This document shows, piece after piece, positions 47,881-61,300 of a stretch of 64,000 nt of DNA. The translations under genes and the position numbers were made by a program. The notes under the pieces were generated by a model, which worked only from the letters and a program-made list of their open reading frames with translations, was not told the DNA's origin and did no database searches. The DNA comes from Saccostrea cucullata. Its lineage: Eukaryota. Within the stretch, counting starts at the first letter, position 1, and each line of letters opens with the position of its first letter. The stretch covers positions 62,001 through 126,000 of the forward strand of contig NW_026923980.1 in assembly GCF_032062105.1 (NCBI RefSeq). Reading direction: 5' to 3'.

Positions 47881-49412
47881 AATGATTTTAATTTGAACTC
47901 TCTTTATGTCATATATATGTACTTTACTTAACTCTCTATTCACACTTTCCTAAAAACATACATGGATAATTTTTCAGTTTAATTAAGGAATGAAGCTAAT
48001 TTCAACTTTTGTTATACGATATAACATAACATAGGATCTTTATAAACCGTGAAGCGGTTTATAAAAAGCATCTCTAATGAACATTTAACACTATAATTTA
48101 ATTTCAATGTTTTTTCCATTTTTCCTTAGAAAAAGGATATGCATATTTTAAAAGTTAACGTCAAGTGGAGTAATACGTTTTTGACGTAACTCATTGTGAC
48201 GTAGGCAAGTTATGTTATACAAAATGGATAAAACCGTTTAACCAATTAATGTTGCAACTAAAATTAAATTATTGAACTTTAATATTTTTTTTAACATCCT
48301 GCATATAAAAATACCAGCGCATCTTAATAATTAAAGTGCATACTAAATAAAGGTCCTAATTAAACAGGTGATATTTTGATCTTTAAATTGTAGCTGTTTG
48401 TAAGTGAATTTGAGTGTTTTCGAATACTGAATTAAGTTGTGTTACCGGGATATGATACGCATCACATGTAAATTCTAACCATGTATAAGCTATATATACA
48501 TGCAGACTTAAACTAAATATTTTCATTTAGTTACAAGTAGGATTTGTATCAAGTAGCATCTCTAATGAACATTTAACACTACTAATTTTCTCCTATAGAG
48601 AATACACATTTTATTTTCTTCTTTCCATCTATACAGTATATTAGAAAACGAACATATCCTTATTATACTCAAGTATTATACTTATCGATATCAATTTAAC
48701 AATAAGAATTTCGACGCCCATTTGGTGAGAACTCGGAATGTCAGTTGAGTTTATTTCCGTATGAACATCATTTATCAATCAATGGTCATATCGTATTTTA
48801 TATACCAATAATATTAAAAGAGATCTTTCGACCAAAAACGCTATATTGAAAATCATTGAACTATCAATAAATTAAAAGCAAAAATTAAATCTAACTTTGG
48901 CATGATGTTGGTTGTAATTGCTTATTAACTTGTTTAACAAAGAGGTCTTCCGTTTCTTTATTTGTAAAATATCATTACTTGCTCTGTATAACCTAAAGAA
49001 AAATCCTTACAGACATTAAAATACAAGGTGGACGTCAGTTAATGTTATATCAAGCCTCAAAATATCAACGGCATTGAAGTAGACATGCTAGAGGTTCAAC
49101 AAGTAATGTTTTGTTACTTCATATAACAGTATCTTGATACTAAACTTTTAGAAAAATGGAAGTCACAAAATTTATCCGAAATCAATCTTGGATCATCCAA
49201 ACATAAGACTTTGCAGCACATTATCTAAAATAATCTCAAGTCTACAGGCTTTTTGAAGTCACAGACATATATTATTTTATTTGAATAAAAATGGAATTCG
49301 TATACTAGTATGAAATTGTAAATATCTTGTCATTGACGGTATGCTGTGGCTTTCAATCTGACTTTCAATCTTTTTTTCAATTAACAATATTCATTTTAAT
49401 TTATAAATTGAA

Positions 49413-49712
49413 TCGCTCGCTCCGTGATCGGAAGGTTGTGAGTTCGAATCACTGAGCGACTGACCTAAATCGACAAAAAAAGGTAGCAGCTGCACCTTCG
49501 CCAAGCTCATGGCACTTTTGAAGAGAAAATTATGGGCCCTTCGGATGAGATATAAAAAACCTTAACCCCGTATCACGGCAGGTGTTGCACGATCAAGAAC
49601 CTTCACTACTCAATGAATGCCGAGTAAAGCTTCTTCACCGGTACATGGTGATGTCTCTATATAAGTAAAAATTCTCGAAAGGATAATAAACAGGATACAA
49701 TCAATAAATCAG
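49413..49712 (+). mobile_element. Degenerate tRNA-derived SINE
   Basis: B box gagttcgaatc, body related to the reverse complement of 63302-63600, (aatc)n tail. Confidence 0.6.
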
Positions 49713-49886
49713 TTATATCCGGGATCAACAGAAAACACTTGCGCTTTATTGCAATGTAAGGCCCTAATACTTTATTAATGGTTTAAAAAAGAAAGTCCAA
49801 AATGAAAATAGTCAGAAATGGCACCGCATCACTTTTGATATATCAATGGCGATCGAGGTATCTTTTTGTTTTGATCTGCAGAACAT

Positions 49887-51668
49887 TTAAATAAGTATAT
49901 CTTTATTGATTTGACTGAAATTGGGAGGTGTCGAGTGGACCCCTTTCTTGTTTTCCAGGAGAAGGTTTAGCACTGGATACAAAATATCCCCTCTTCTAAG
50001 GTATAAGCACAAACGGTAGAATCCTTTTTTTGGCAGAAGTGACTTCAGTTTGACCTCCGAGAGACTGCTGTCTGTCCCCATATAGTCGTCAAAGTTCCGG
50101 CCATCCTCCAACCACCTCAGAGAGGCGTACACATCGAGCATTGTCTTTGTAGAGATGGACAAATCCAAACTCCCATCCTTCACTTCTTGGAAGGCTGGTG
50201 GAATGGCACACATTTCGTCCGTGAATTCTGGAAATCTGGGTTCGATTCCCCATGACTGGTATTCCTTTGGAAACTTACGCAGGTGCTTCTTTACTGAGGA
50301 GCACGTGACAAGGAACTCGGTGATTGGTTCCATTCTTGTGCTTGAAAGTTTACCGAGAATAGTCAGGCGGAAGTTACCGACAAACGGGGGTCTGACGTTC
50401 ACAAAATAGGAGTGGGATCCGCCCCGAGAGATGAAAACGAATTCATTGTGGGCGAGACCGTCTTCTGAACTTAAGACTGCGGCGAAATCAGTCAACACAG
50501 CTTGTGTGTCGTCCACAGAAACAATAAAAGAATGGCGAACGTTTACAACCCGGGTCTTTGGAAACACTACCCGAACACCACGCGCGATCGCGGACTCAGA
50601 TATAAGAGGTGCTAGGTTGAACTGCTCAAGTGTAATAGGCTCTGTTAATAACTGCCAGAACTGGTCGATATCAAGTGGAAAATGATTGCTGATGAATTGC
50701 TGTGGGTCAGGTAGAAAATAGAAAGATTCTAAACGAATATCACTGGCGCCACATTGACAGTCAACCACGTGCCACTTTCCCGCCAAATTAACGATGTTCC
50801 AGCTGTGGTCTCCATGGATATTGGGGTTTGCGTTTGTCTGATCCGCTGGAACTTTGTGGAAACCTTTGACTATCTTTGATTCAATATTCGCAACTCTATG
50901 GAGAAAAAAATTGAATGAATAACCAGCAATGACAATTTGTATGTATTTAAACCAGATATTCATTCCACAGGTACTATAAAATATTTTCTGTGTGGACAAT
51001 GTATTTACCTAGTGAGTGAATTGAACTTCTCTGTTAGACTCCCATGCCCTTTCCTCTCATCATTTGAAAGTGCTTGTATTTGACTATAAAAAGATTTTTA
51101 AAAATCATAATAAATTTTATAGCTTCTCTTAGAATATTCAAATATTTCAGTGAATATTAAGTATAAAATTACGTTTTGTTGGTGATAATCCACGTATAAA
51201 ATGCACGTATTTTGTTTACGTCATCATTTGTCCCCTCACAAAGATAGGCGACAAGATCATCATCTGACGTCATCAGCCTTTTTGGTGCCTATAAATGAAT
51301 TTTGAATTTTATTATCAACGACGTCATAAAATGAGATCATTTGGGAATAAGCATCACGAAAAATTAAAGGTTATTGCATTAGTAAGTCACTTTAAACAGT
51401 CTGAAAAGAAATTAATCTCGGATTATGAGATTAATATTTTGAAGGCATTATTTTCTCACCATAGTGTGTCAAAACTGCTACCTTTTGAAATTAAAGTTAA
51501 TAATCGTCAATTTAAACTTTTAGCACTGAAAAAAAAAAACACTATTTGGCTCACCTTTCTCGCATGATCATCTATAGCGGCAAACTTGTCCTCCGACTCA
51601 GCCCTCGGGCAATCCCCATTCAAGTCGGTATGAGAGGGATGTATTCGTTTGGATGAGGCAGATCCCAT
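49887..51668 (-). CDS. Kyphoscoliosis peptidase/hillarin-like transglutaminase-fold protein, 437 aa, 4 exons
   Basis: Exons 51555-51668, 51173-51288, 51009-51083, 49887-50895 (1314 nt, GT-AG, in phase); MGSASSK start, KIRAFYTWI, HSWNIV..WHVVD, FYFLPDPQQFISNHFP..WQLL. Confidence 0.85.
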
Positions 51669-52599
51669 GATTATTACATCTCAGTGTCCCCAGAAGAGTA
51701 GATGTTTACCAAAGTTCACGAGTATACATGCCATAAATGACAATTTGTTTTGGAATTTCAGTTATCAGTCGCAGCGTGCACCGCGTGTGTCCGCGACTGA
51801 AAATGTTCCCGTGGAATTTGGTGATATTTAAGTGGTAGCGCCCCCAACTATAAATCTGACGGAATACGCCGATGAAGGGCTTTAATTCTTGGGACAATGT
51901 TATGGAAGTTTTATCAAACAGCGGGGTCTTTAAAGTTATTTACAACTAAATAAGCGAACGTGTGGGTGAAATTAAATGGAGAAGCGAAGAATCACATCTA
52001 TTATTTAATGTATAATGTTAACGGGATAAAAATTTAAATCAAACTTTGTTTAATCTATACTTAGGCTCTTCTTCTGCACGTCACTGAAATTGACACAGCG
52101 GTCTAACCATTATTAGTTTTAGACGATTCTCTTTTTTGATTATGGCCTTTGATCTGAGGACCATAATTTATTATTATCATGTCCACACTAGGGCGTGTCT
52201 GTCATACTGTTATTGTAAGGATCGCCAGTGACGGACCAGAGCTGCCTGAGCATGTTAAGTAAAGGGTGTTAGGTTTAAATTAAGGTTTTATATTTTTCAG
52301 TTTTGGTTATTTAAATTTTATCTCATTATACATAGTATCCGCAATATAATGGTTTCTTGATTACAACATTTTGTCTTTCACTCACATAATTATAAGATAA
52401 AACTGTATGACATGTCAAAGAGCTTAAATGTTGTAGCTACTAAAAAGAAATTAAATGTGGTTTTAATTTAATTGAAATTACATTAATTAAGCTCATTTGT
52501 AATCGAAAAAAAAGTCTTTGTTTTTAAGAATTTTAAAATTTATTTCACTTTAATATTTATTAAAGAAAAAAATTAAACAAAATCTAGTAACATAACATT

Positions 52600-55500
52600 T
52601 TATTGAGGATTCAAAGATCTTTGCAGGAAATAGGGCAGCTTGATGTCACGGCCAACGGGTGGACTCTACAAAAAAGAAACAGGTAACATTAATTAATTTG
52701 CGTCTGGCAAGATACATGTATCTGATTTGGTTTTTACAAGCACATTTAGTTAAATCAATTGAATGACATTTAAATCAATTAATATTAACACTTGAATAGG
52801 AAAGAAACTAAAGTGTATGTACTCCCCCGTGTTCTTTATACTTATTTATTTTGATCATGATCTTTGGTCAATAAATTGTAATAATATTTTGTAAATTAAA
52901 AGCTCATCCCCTCTTCGTTTATAAATATACGTACGGAATTTGCTGACAAGGTCATTGTATATCGGCAAAGGAACTTGCGAAACAATTACTTTATATCCTT
53001 GTTATATCAACTTCTTTGTCAATTTTCATAACTTGCTTAGTTTTAAAATTGATCTGATATAGATAAGAAAACAGGGGAGAATAGATGAAAGACGTCGTTG
53101 TATCTGATCAGATAACGTTACGTGGAACACATAATGTGGTAAACGAACATGAAAACCATGACAAGAGGCGGGAATATGAGACACGTGATGAGGTAAACTA
53201 ACGCGAACACAATGACAAGCGGCGGGAATATGGGACACGTGATAAGGTAAACTGATGCGAACACAATGAAAAGAGGCGGGAATATGGGACACGTGATGAG
53301 GTAAACTAACACGAACACAATGACAAGAGGCGGGAATATGAGTTATGATTGGATAAACTGACAAGAGGCGGGAATATGGGACACGTGATTAGATAAACTT
53401 ACGTGAACACCATGACAAGAGGCGGGAATATGGAACACGTGATGAGGTAAACTGTAATCTAGGTTTGTGAAGAAATATGTGATCTCCTCAATAGCTGAAA
53501 ATGGGGAAAAGAAGGGGAAAAAAATAAATGATTATGTTTATAAAAAAAAACTCGTCAGTACATTTAAAAAATGTAGATAAAATTAATGCTACTTTTAATT
53601 AGAATTTTATTATTTTGATCGACAATCACATCAGCTCCATAAGAGATGATTCGGCATTACCTCCTTCAATGACGCCGTACGATGACGCCGAGATGGGGGT
53701 ACAGTCGTCTGCTGTAACAGAGATCTTCATGGTGATGTTAGCGGCCTTTGTAAGATCGGCGACGAAGGAGTTGACTCTGACGCCATTACTAGCAGGTCCC
53801 AATATACGGGACTCCACGAATGTAGATGTCGCTATTAACAGATATCAAGAAATACTTATTTTCTGAAATAGATACTCTTTAAGTATAAGAAAATCAACAA
53901 AATATACAGTAAGACGACATTATTTACCGGGTACACACGGTTCTTGCATTGGTTGATTGTGAAGACGAGTTACATAACAAGTTCCCGAAACAATAGAGCG
54001 CGCTATTTGCTGAAAGAAAAAAAAACCGATAAGCATTATTTTCTTACATGAGCTTTCTTCAAACTCATCTGTTTGCTATGAGATAAGTGTCTGCTTAGTT
54101 GACTTATAGTGTATCTTACAGTGAGGTTGTATGTCTATGACCATGTAACCCATCTCTTTACGGTCAACGTACAAAGTGAGGTTGTAGGTTGAATTTATGA
54201 CTACTATAATATCACTTACATCTTTGTAATCGACATACACAGTGAGTTTGTACGTCTAGGATCACGTATAAAGTGAGGTTGTATGTCTAGGATTATGTAA
54301 TGTACATTTACCTACCTCTTTATAATCGACGTACACATTGAGGTTGTATGTCTAGGTCCACGTAATGTATATGGACAACCCTTTAATAATCGACGTAAAA
54401 AGTAAGTTTATAATTTTAGGATGACGTATAAAGTTAGGTTGTGTGTCTGGGATCACGAAATGTACATAACCCATATCTTTATAATCGACGTACAGTGTGA
54501 GGTTGTGTGTCTGAGATCACATATAAAATGAAGTTGTATGTCTAGGATCATGTAATGTATGTTACCTCCTAATAACCCACATGTACAGTGAAAATTGTAT
54601 GTCTAGGAGTACGTACTTCCTTATAATCGACGTACATAGTGAGGTTGTATGTCTAGAATCTCTACCTTTCTCTTTCTAATCGACGTACACAGTAAGGTTG
54701 TATGTCTATAGATTCATGAACACAGTAAAGTTGTATATCTAGGATCATGTAATGTACATTACCCACCTCTTGATAGTCGACATACACAGTAAGGATGTAC
54801 ATGTATGTCTAGGATCATGTACATACTGAGGTTGTATGTCTAGGATCACGTGCACATTAAGGTTGTATGTTTAGAATCACGTACAAAATGAGGTTGTATG
54901 TTTAGAATCACGTACATAGTGAGATCGTTTGTCTGGGAGCACGTGCTCCTTGACAATCGGCGTACACAGTAAGGCTGTATGTTAGAATTACTACCTTTCT
55001 CTTTTATAATCGACATACACAGGTATAAATCGGATCACGTACATAATAAGGTTGTATATCTAGGATCATATACTGTACATTACCTACCTCGAGCTCTTTA
55101 TTGACAACGTAAACAGTAAAGGTCTTTTGTCTAGGATAACGTACCTCTTTATAATCGACGTACACAGTAAGGTTGTATATCTAGGATCGCTTACCTCTTT
55201 ATAGTCGACATACACAGTGAGGTTGTATGTCTAGGATCGCGTACCTCTTTATAGTCGACATACACAGTGAGGTTGTATGTCTAGGATTACGTACACAGTA
55301 AGGTTGTATGTCTAGGGTCGCGTACCTCTTTATAGTCAACGTACACGGTGAGGTTGTATGTCTAGGATCGCGTACTTCTTCATAGTCGACGTACACAGTG
55401 AGGTTGTATGTCTAGGATTCTTTATAACTGACGTACACAGTAAGGTTGTATGTCTAGGATCGCGTACCTCTTTATAGTCGACGTACACAGTGAGGTTGTA

Positions 55501-57523
55501 TGTCTAGGATTACGTACACAGTGATGTTGTATGTCTAGGATCACGTTTACAATACGGTTGTATGTCTAGGATCACATACCTCTTTATAATCGAAGTACAC
55601 GGTAAAGTTGTATGTCTATGATCATATACCTCTTTATAATCGACGTACACAGTATGACTGTATATATATCTAGGATCACATACACAGTATGACTGTATGT
55701 CTAGGATCACGTGCACAGTATGACTGTGTGTCTAGGATCATAAACCTCTTTATAATCGACGAACACATTGAGGTTGTATGTCTAGGATTACGTACACAGT
55801 GAGGCTGTATGTATAGGATCGCGTACCTCTTTATAATCGACGTATACAGTGAGGTTGTATGTCGTCCCGTCATCATTCTCCACCACTCTGTCTACTCGCT
55901 GTTTCTTGGCGTCATAATCGTAGTACAGCTTGGACTGAATCTGTAAAATTAAGCTGGCTATTAACATTGTTTTCATATTGACTTCCATATTATTGTCTGA
56001 TTGTTTTTCGATGATATACTGGCTATTCTGGTTAAACCAGAGTTAAAGTATTAGGCATCTGAATTCTAAAAAGTCGAGCTGCAAAATAAAACAAAATTGA
56101 AGCAGCACCCAATGATAGTTAAGGGGGCCGACTATAGTTTCCATTGCGCAATATTTCGCGCATCATAATAACATGAAGCGTATTTACTGTTTTAATGCAA
56201 CTTTTTTGCTAAATTATTAAAATTAAACAAAATTAAGAAATCATAGGTACAAATATGTAATTACATTTTGATATAACTGATTTTTTAACGGATTTTGCAA
56301 TTGATAGGTAGGTTGACGTCGTTGCAGTGTGTTTTTGACGTTATGATAATCTGTAGCTATTAAAGAAAGGGGTAATAAAAATATTATTTAAGAAAAAGTA
56401 ATAAACATATGCTCTTGAAATTCAAAACATAGAAATTTGAGAATATCTCCAATTTTTTTATTATGTTTTCATGTGAATCCATTGTGTTCGTCATATTTAG
56501 TAATACTCTATAAAGATAGTAAAATTCGCTAATTTTTAGCATTTTGAGATGCCCCCTCTAGTAGCAAGACGGTAGAATTTTGTGTTTCTTAGATATATTG
56601 TATAATATAGTATTACTCATCAAATATTATAGTTTAAACAAAATGTCTATTGTAGTATTTGTATAATTTGCTTTAAAGTGCTAAAAATTGGCATTTTCCT
56701 ATATAATCCTATAGTAAATGTACCTGTATTTTGAGACGGTCCCTCAAAAATACCTGGACGGTAGATTTCCCCCAAACTTTGCATGTACACTGAAGTTAAT
56801 GTAAGCTATAGATGGTATAAAGATGAAGAGTTTCGCTATTGTAGTTTTTACATAATAAAACTATAGTCGGCCCCCTTAATTAGAACTTTCAAAGAGCAAT
56901 AAAAAGGCATATCATGAGAAAATGTCGAATATAAGAAAATGGTGGTTTTGAGGAAGACTACCCTGGTAATGGTTCCCTTAAAGTTTCTTGCGCGGATTTA
57001 TAGGAATCTCGGCTTTGGAGATCTGAAATATTTAAAAGACTTTCTCACAGGCTCTTTTTATTACAGCATATTGTTTCTATCGGATTTTAGTCTACATCTG
57101 TATTAATTATGACAAGGAATCTCTTAAAGTCAATTAATCTAAATCCATACTATCATTATGGAATGCCAGCAATTAACACATGTTTCTTGATCAGTCATAT
57201 TGATGGTATTTGTTCTGTTCACAGTAATTTGTTCACATTGTTCACAATGACCTTGGTCCTTCTGTCACAGTAAACAGTTCAGTATAGTTACTTTTTTTCA
57301 ATTATTGGTATAATGTAATTGGTTCAGCCCTACCTTTAACAGTGATTGGTTTACCCTGTGTACTTACAGTAATTGGTTCAGGCGTTCCAGTCTTGGGGTC
57401 TATTTTTCCTCCAACTTCCAGCAGGTCCGCTGTGAACTGATGATGGACGCAGCAAGGGGTTGGGTTAGCGGCGAGGGTGGTGCCGACCAGGGCCACCAGC
57501 AGGAGGAGGGACTGTCTGACCAT
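52600..57523 (-). CDS. Ependymin-related secreted protein A, 226 aa, 6 exons
   Basis: Exons 57368-57523, 55827-55940, 53928-54009, 53661-53831, 53403-53494, 52600-52665 (681 nt); signal peptide, PCC..QF, YYDY..K, C..PC.P, DCTPI, FFTN..FHIPASC. Confidence 0.88.
52935..53100 (-). mobile_element. Penelope-like element fragment
   Basis: tttgctgacaaggtcattgtat shared with 2834 and 4531. Confidence 0.55.
53115..53402 (-). repeat. About 54-bp tandem repeat derived from the ependymin A exon 5 end plus donor
   Basis: Units gacaagaggcgggaatatgggacacgtgatgaggtaaact copy 53403-53453. Confidence 0.9.
54115..55826 (-). repeat. 1.7 kb minisatellite (50 bp and about 30 bp units) derived from the ependymin A exon 2 end plus donor
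   Basis: Unit gtacctctttatagtcgacgtacacagtgaggttgtatgtctaggatcgc copies exon end acatacaacctcactgtatacgtcgattataaagag|gtacgc. Confidence 0.92.
56123..56875. mobile_element. Kolobok-like non-autonomous transposon, second copy
   Basis: TTAA TSD, perfect TIR gggggccgactatagttt; colinear with 22540-23291. Confidence 0.85.
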
Positions 57524-58335
57524 GTCTATTATAGTTGTTTAATGGTTCTTTGATAGTTCTGTAAGAAGTCTGGAGGTCTTATCAGGAGACAAAAGAATGG
57601 GTGAATAATACGGCCGAAATGTTACGTCTATATGTACTTGTTTTATTGCTAAGAGTATAGTTATAGCACAAGGTTCTTCTATTGCAACACAAAGTTTCCA
57701 GAAGATAAGGACATTGTACTCTAGAATTATGTTAAAGTGCACGTTGGCAAAACATGTTCTAAATCTATCGTTTGTTCCTACAATTCCTACAAAGACCTTC
57801 AACCAAGAAGTAACAAAGAACTAATGCATGCTTATATATTGCGTGTCCTCCTGGTCCTTGAAGCCACATGGTCCCTTTAAAAAATTAAATTTCCTTTTAA
57901 TAACTCCAATTTTAAAGAAGGGTTGTTGAGAAAAAGCAGATACGGGTAAAAATTTTACTCACAGGGCAACTTTGTCAGAGGTGATTTTGAAAGAGCAGAT
58001 GTCAAACAGTTAACACAACAACTCCACCCCACCCCGCAAATTAAAGGTTCACAAAAGTCAAATTGTATTTAGAGGTACTCCAACAACAATATTCACCTAT
58101 TAACCTCTGCGGTTATAGTACCTTAATTGTCGCATTGACCTCAAAATAGTGGTAATTTTAAAGTGTAACAGTTAGTAAAAAGTAATGACGTTTGATATAT
58201 GACAATTACAACACATAAGTCTGGTCTTTTCCCAGTATTACGCAGACGGGGAGTGATTTTTCCTTATCTTTCTCCTATTATCTCCGTCAGTTGTACTACA
58301 TTTGATCTATTTTATTTCTGGCATCTCCTGTTACG

Positions 58336-61300
58336 ATGTATCTAGCATTTCTGTTGATTTCTGTTCTCCCCGTGGTGTTCGGCAGGGCGTCTACTCCTGC
58401 CCCTTGCTGTATAGGTAATCAGTTCACTACTAATATTGACGAAACAGGAGGACAGGTCGCCGCCGGTTCGTCAGGAAGTAAATTTATTGATGTAAGTCAG
58501 ACTGTTTTGTGTCCATCTATCGTGGAATTTATTAAGTTCATCTTGTATTTTCTTCTATGAAGATTAAATCTTATTGAGGTGTATCATGTACCTTTTGAAA
58601 AAGCCTTCTTTAAAAAAATGAATAAAAAATAGCTATAGTTCAGTTTAAAACAAAGTATTAAGTTTGAATTAATAGTGTCCATATAATAAAAATCAACAAT
58701 TTGAAAGATTTTTGCATATAAACTGATTAAAGAAGTTCTGTCTTCGTCGAATAACGCTGAGTTTATTTCTAAGGTTCTGAATATAGTTTGTCCTTTTTTC
58801 TTCCAACAGCAACAGCTTTTTCTCCAGTTTGACTACACTAACAAAAGAACTTACGTAGAGGGCACTGTGACTTTACCTACCGGGACATTCCCGTATAAAG
58901 TAGTCAACGACTATAAAGCGGTGTGTACAATATCAATAGTACAAGGCTTATGGCTTTAAAATTTTCATAAAAATACATGTCTCATGTCTACTTCAATTTT
59001 AAGAGTACTTTTTTTTCTAGTCGGAAAATGTAAAATCTGTAATATCACCAGAGCTTTATTTTTTGAAAAAGTGATTTTCTGTATTCCAGAACGTTACTTA
59101 TTCCTTCACTAACGGCCTCTGCTACACAGTAGGAGCCCCCACCTTCCCTCTACAGGACCCCTGTCAACTAAGTGAGTACAAGTCATTGTCAGTTGTACTC
59201 ACCGTGTAATGACTCAGTGAGAAATCGATCAATAATAATTTGTCCGAGTGCAGCCATAACTTATTTTCATCACTTGAACATCATGAAAACGCTTTTAGAT
59301 TGTAATTTATCCTCAATGAGAAAAGGCTATTGAAAAGGCAACTGAAAGAGTATTTAAAACACCTATTAATCTTTGTTTACGCAATCTTAAAATTATAGAT
59401 ATTACAATTTTTGTAATAATGTATTTCTTTTAATTTATTCAAACATTCCAAGCTTCACTCTACCCTTTTCTCATGCTAAAACATTGAAGACAATCAATTC
59501 AGCAGTGTACAGTATTTATTTGTGAGCTAACAGTGTTCGATTAATAATTTATTATGACAGCTCACGCCACCTATGTGGGGAGCTCAGTGATGGGGTCTCC
59601 GGGTCACCACATCGCCGTCAACACGTTCCAGCTGGACCTGGGGGGAATCAGCGTTAAGGCTGTCCTCACGGCGGACGGCTCCTGTATCCCCATCATGGAG
59701 TCTCTGGTCGGAGCCATAGGGGGAGGTAAATCAGATTATCTACAATAGCAGTACACTAGTACAAGTCTCCTTAAGTTCCTAACAATTTCGAATGGTATCC
59801 TACAGGTAGTTATGTTCCCCAAACGAAGTTGGGGAACATATTGTTTTTACTCTGTTTCTTATTAAGGTCTTCCGTTTCAACGGAAGACCTTCTTATTTTT
59901 CTGTTGTTTCTTTTCTACTTTTCTTATTAAGGTCTTCCGTCTTCACGGAAGACCTTATAGTTATTCTACTGTTTCTTATTATTTTTCTTATTTTTTTTCC
60001 AAAATTTTGTGCACGCGATTTCTCAGCAACCATTCAATGAATTTCAATGAAATTTTCAGAAATTATGCGCATCTATATGAACTTGATACATCTGGGAGGA
60101 AATTTGATAATTCGCTTTTGGTGCCAAGTTATGGCCAGTTTCCTGATTTTAAAATGCGATTTTGTCGCGCACTTTTTTCGAAAATGGCTGAGAATATGAA
60201 CTGGAGACTTATCTAAGAGCATAGGGCATGGTTATTAGATGTGCGTAAGCCCAATTTCCTGCGTCGTCGGTGCTTCCGGTCGCTACCGGAAGCGAAATTA
60301 AAAAGTGCATTTTTTTCATTTTTTTTTGTTTTCAAATGTTTTTCTACGATTTTAATTATCTTAAAAGTGACTCTTATGCGAATGAGAAATATGTAATTTG
60401 TTTAAGAATTGAAAAGGGCAATCTCGAGATATTTGCATTTAAATATTTGAAGCGGTGTTTTCAATGGCTGAATACGTAGCGCGTTGGATTGTCACGCGGG
60501 CGACCCGGGTTCGCTCCCCCGAATATCCGAATTTTTTTTTATCACTTTTTCATCTCGATTTTTGGTGTTTTTAATTCGGAATCGGACGGAAGACCTCTCG
60601 TTGCTAGCAACGAGATCTCATCTAGTTATTATTATTCTTACCGATTTTGTGCACGCGATTTCTCGTAAATGCGTCGATGGATTTTCATGAAACTTTCAGC
60701 ATTGATGACAAATGATATGAACTTAAGACGTTTTCTTTTTAATTTGATGACGTCACTTCCGGTTCAGAGTTTTTCGCGATTTAGTGAGTTTTAGAGGGTC
60801 ATTTTGTCCGGCAGTTTTCTCAAAAAGAACTCAACGCAGAAGCAGGAAATTTTCAGTGCTGATAGTGCAACCTTTGGAGATATGTATTTGGTATATCTCA
60901 ACCACCGGAAGTACGAAGCGCCGACGCTGGCTATGGTCCGAAAACAGTCCTATCAAGAATTTCAAAATTTTTAACACCTTTTCTACGATAACTTTTTATC
61001 CAGAAATATTTTGTTAAAGCATGTAGAACAAAAGAAGTGTAGAATTTAAAGATCTTTCAAGTGATATCTCAAAAAAAGGGCTGGCTCCTAAAATTAAGGG
61101 CCAAGGGGGGCCGAAAGTTTTTCCTGTATATCTCAAAAAGTATTGAGAATTTGTAACACCTCAAAGAAGCAAAGTTGTTCAAAATGTCAAGATTAATCTA
61201 CTGTAGTCAAAATAATACGTCCGGCGTCGTCACTTCCGGCCAAACCGGAAGTAGTCTAAAAACGCGTATTTTTGCCATTCTTGACAAGTGTTGGGTAACA

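Noticed and set aside
50896-50999. N-terminus of the 370-aa ORF
   Set aside because: Intron; the true exon begins after ctccatag at 50895.
54115-55826. CRISPR-like array or repeat-protein ORFs
   Set aside because: No unique spacers, eukaryotic intron, and units derive from the adjacent exon.
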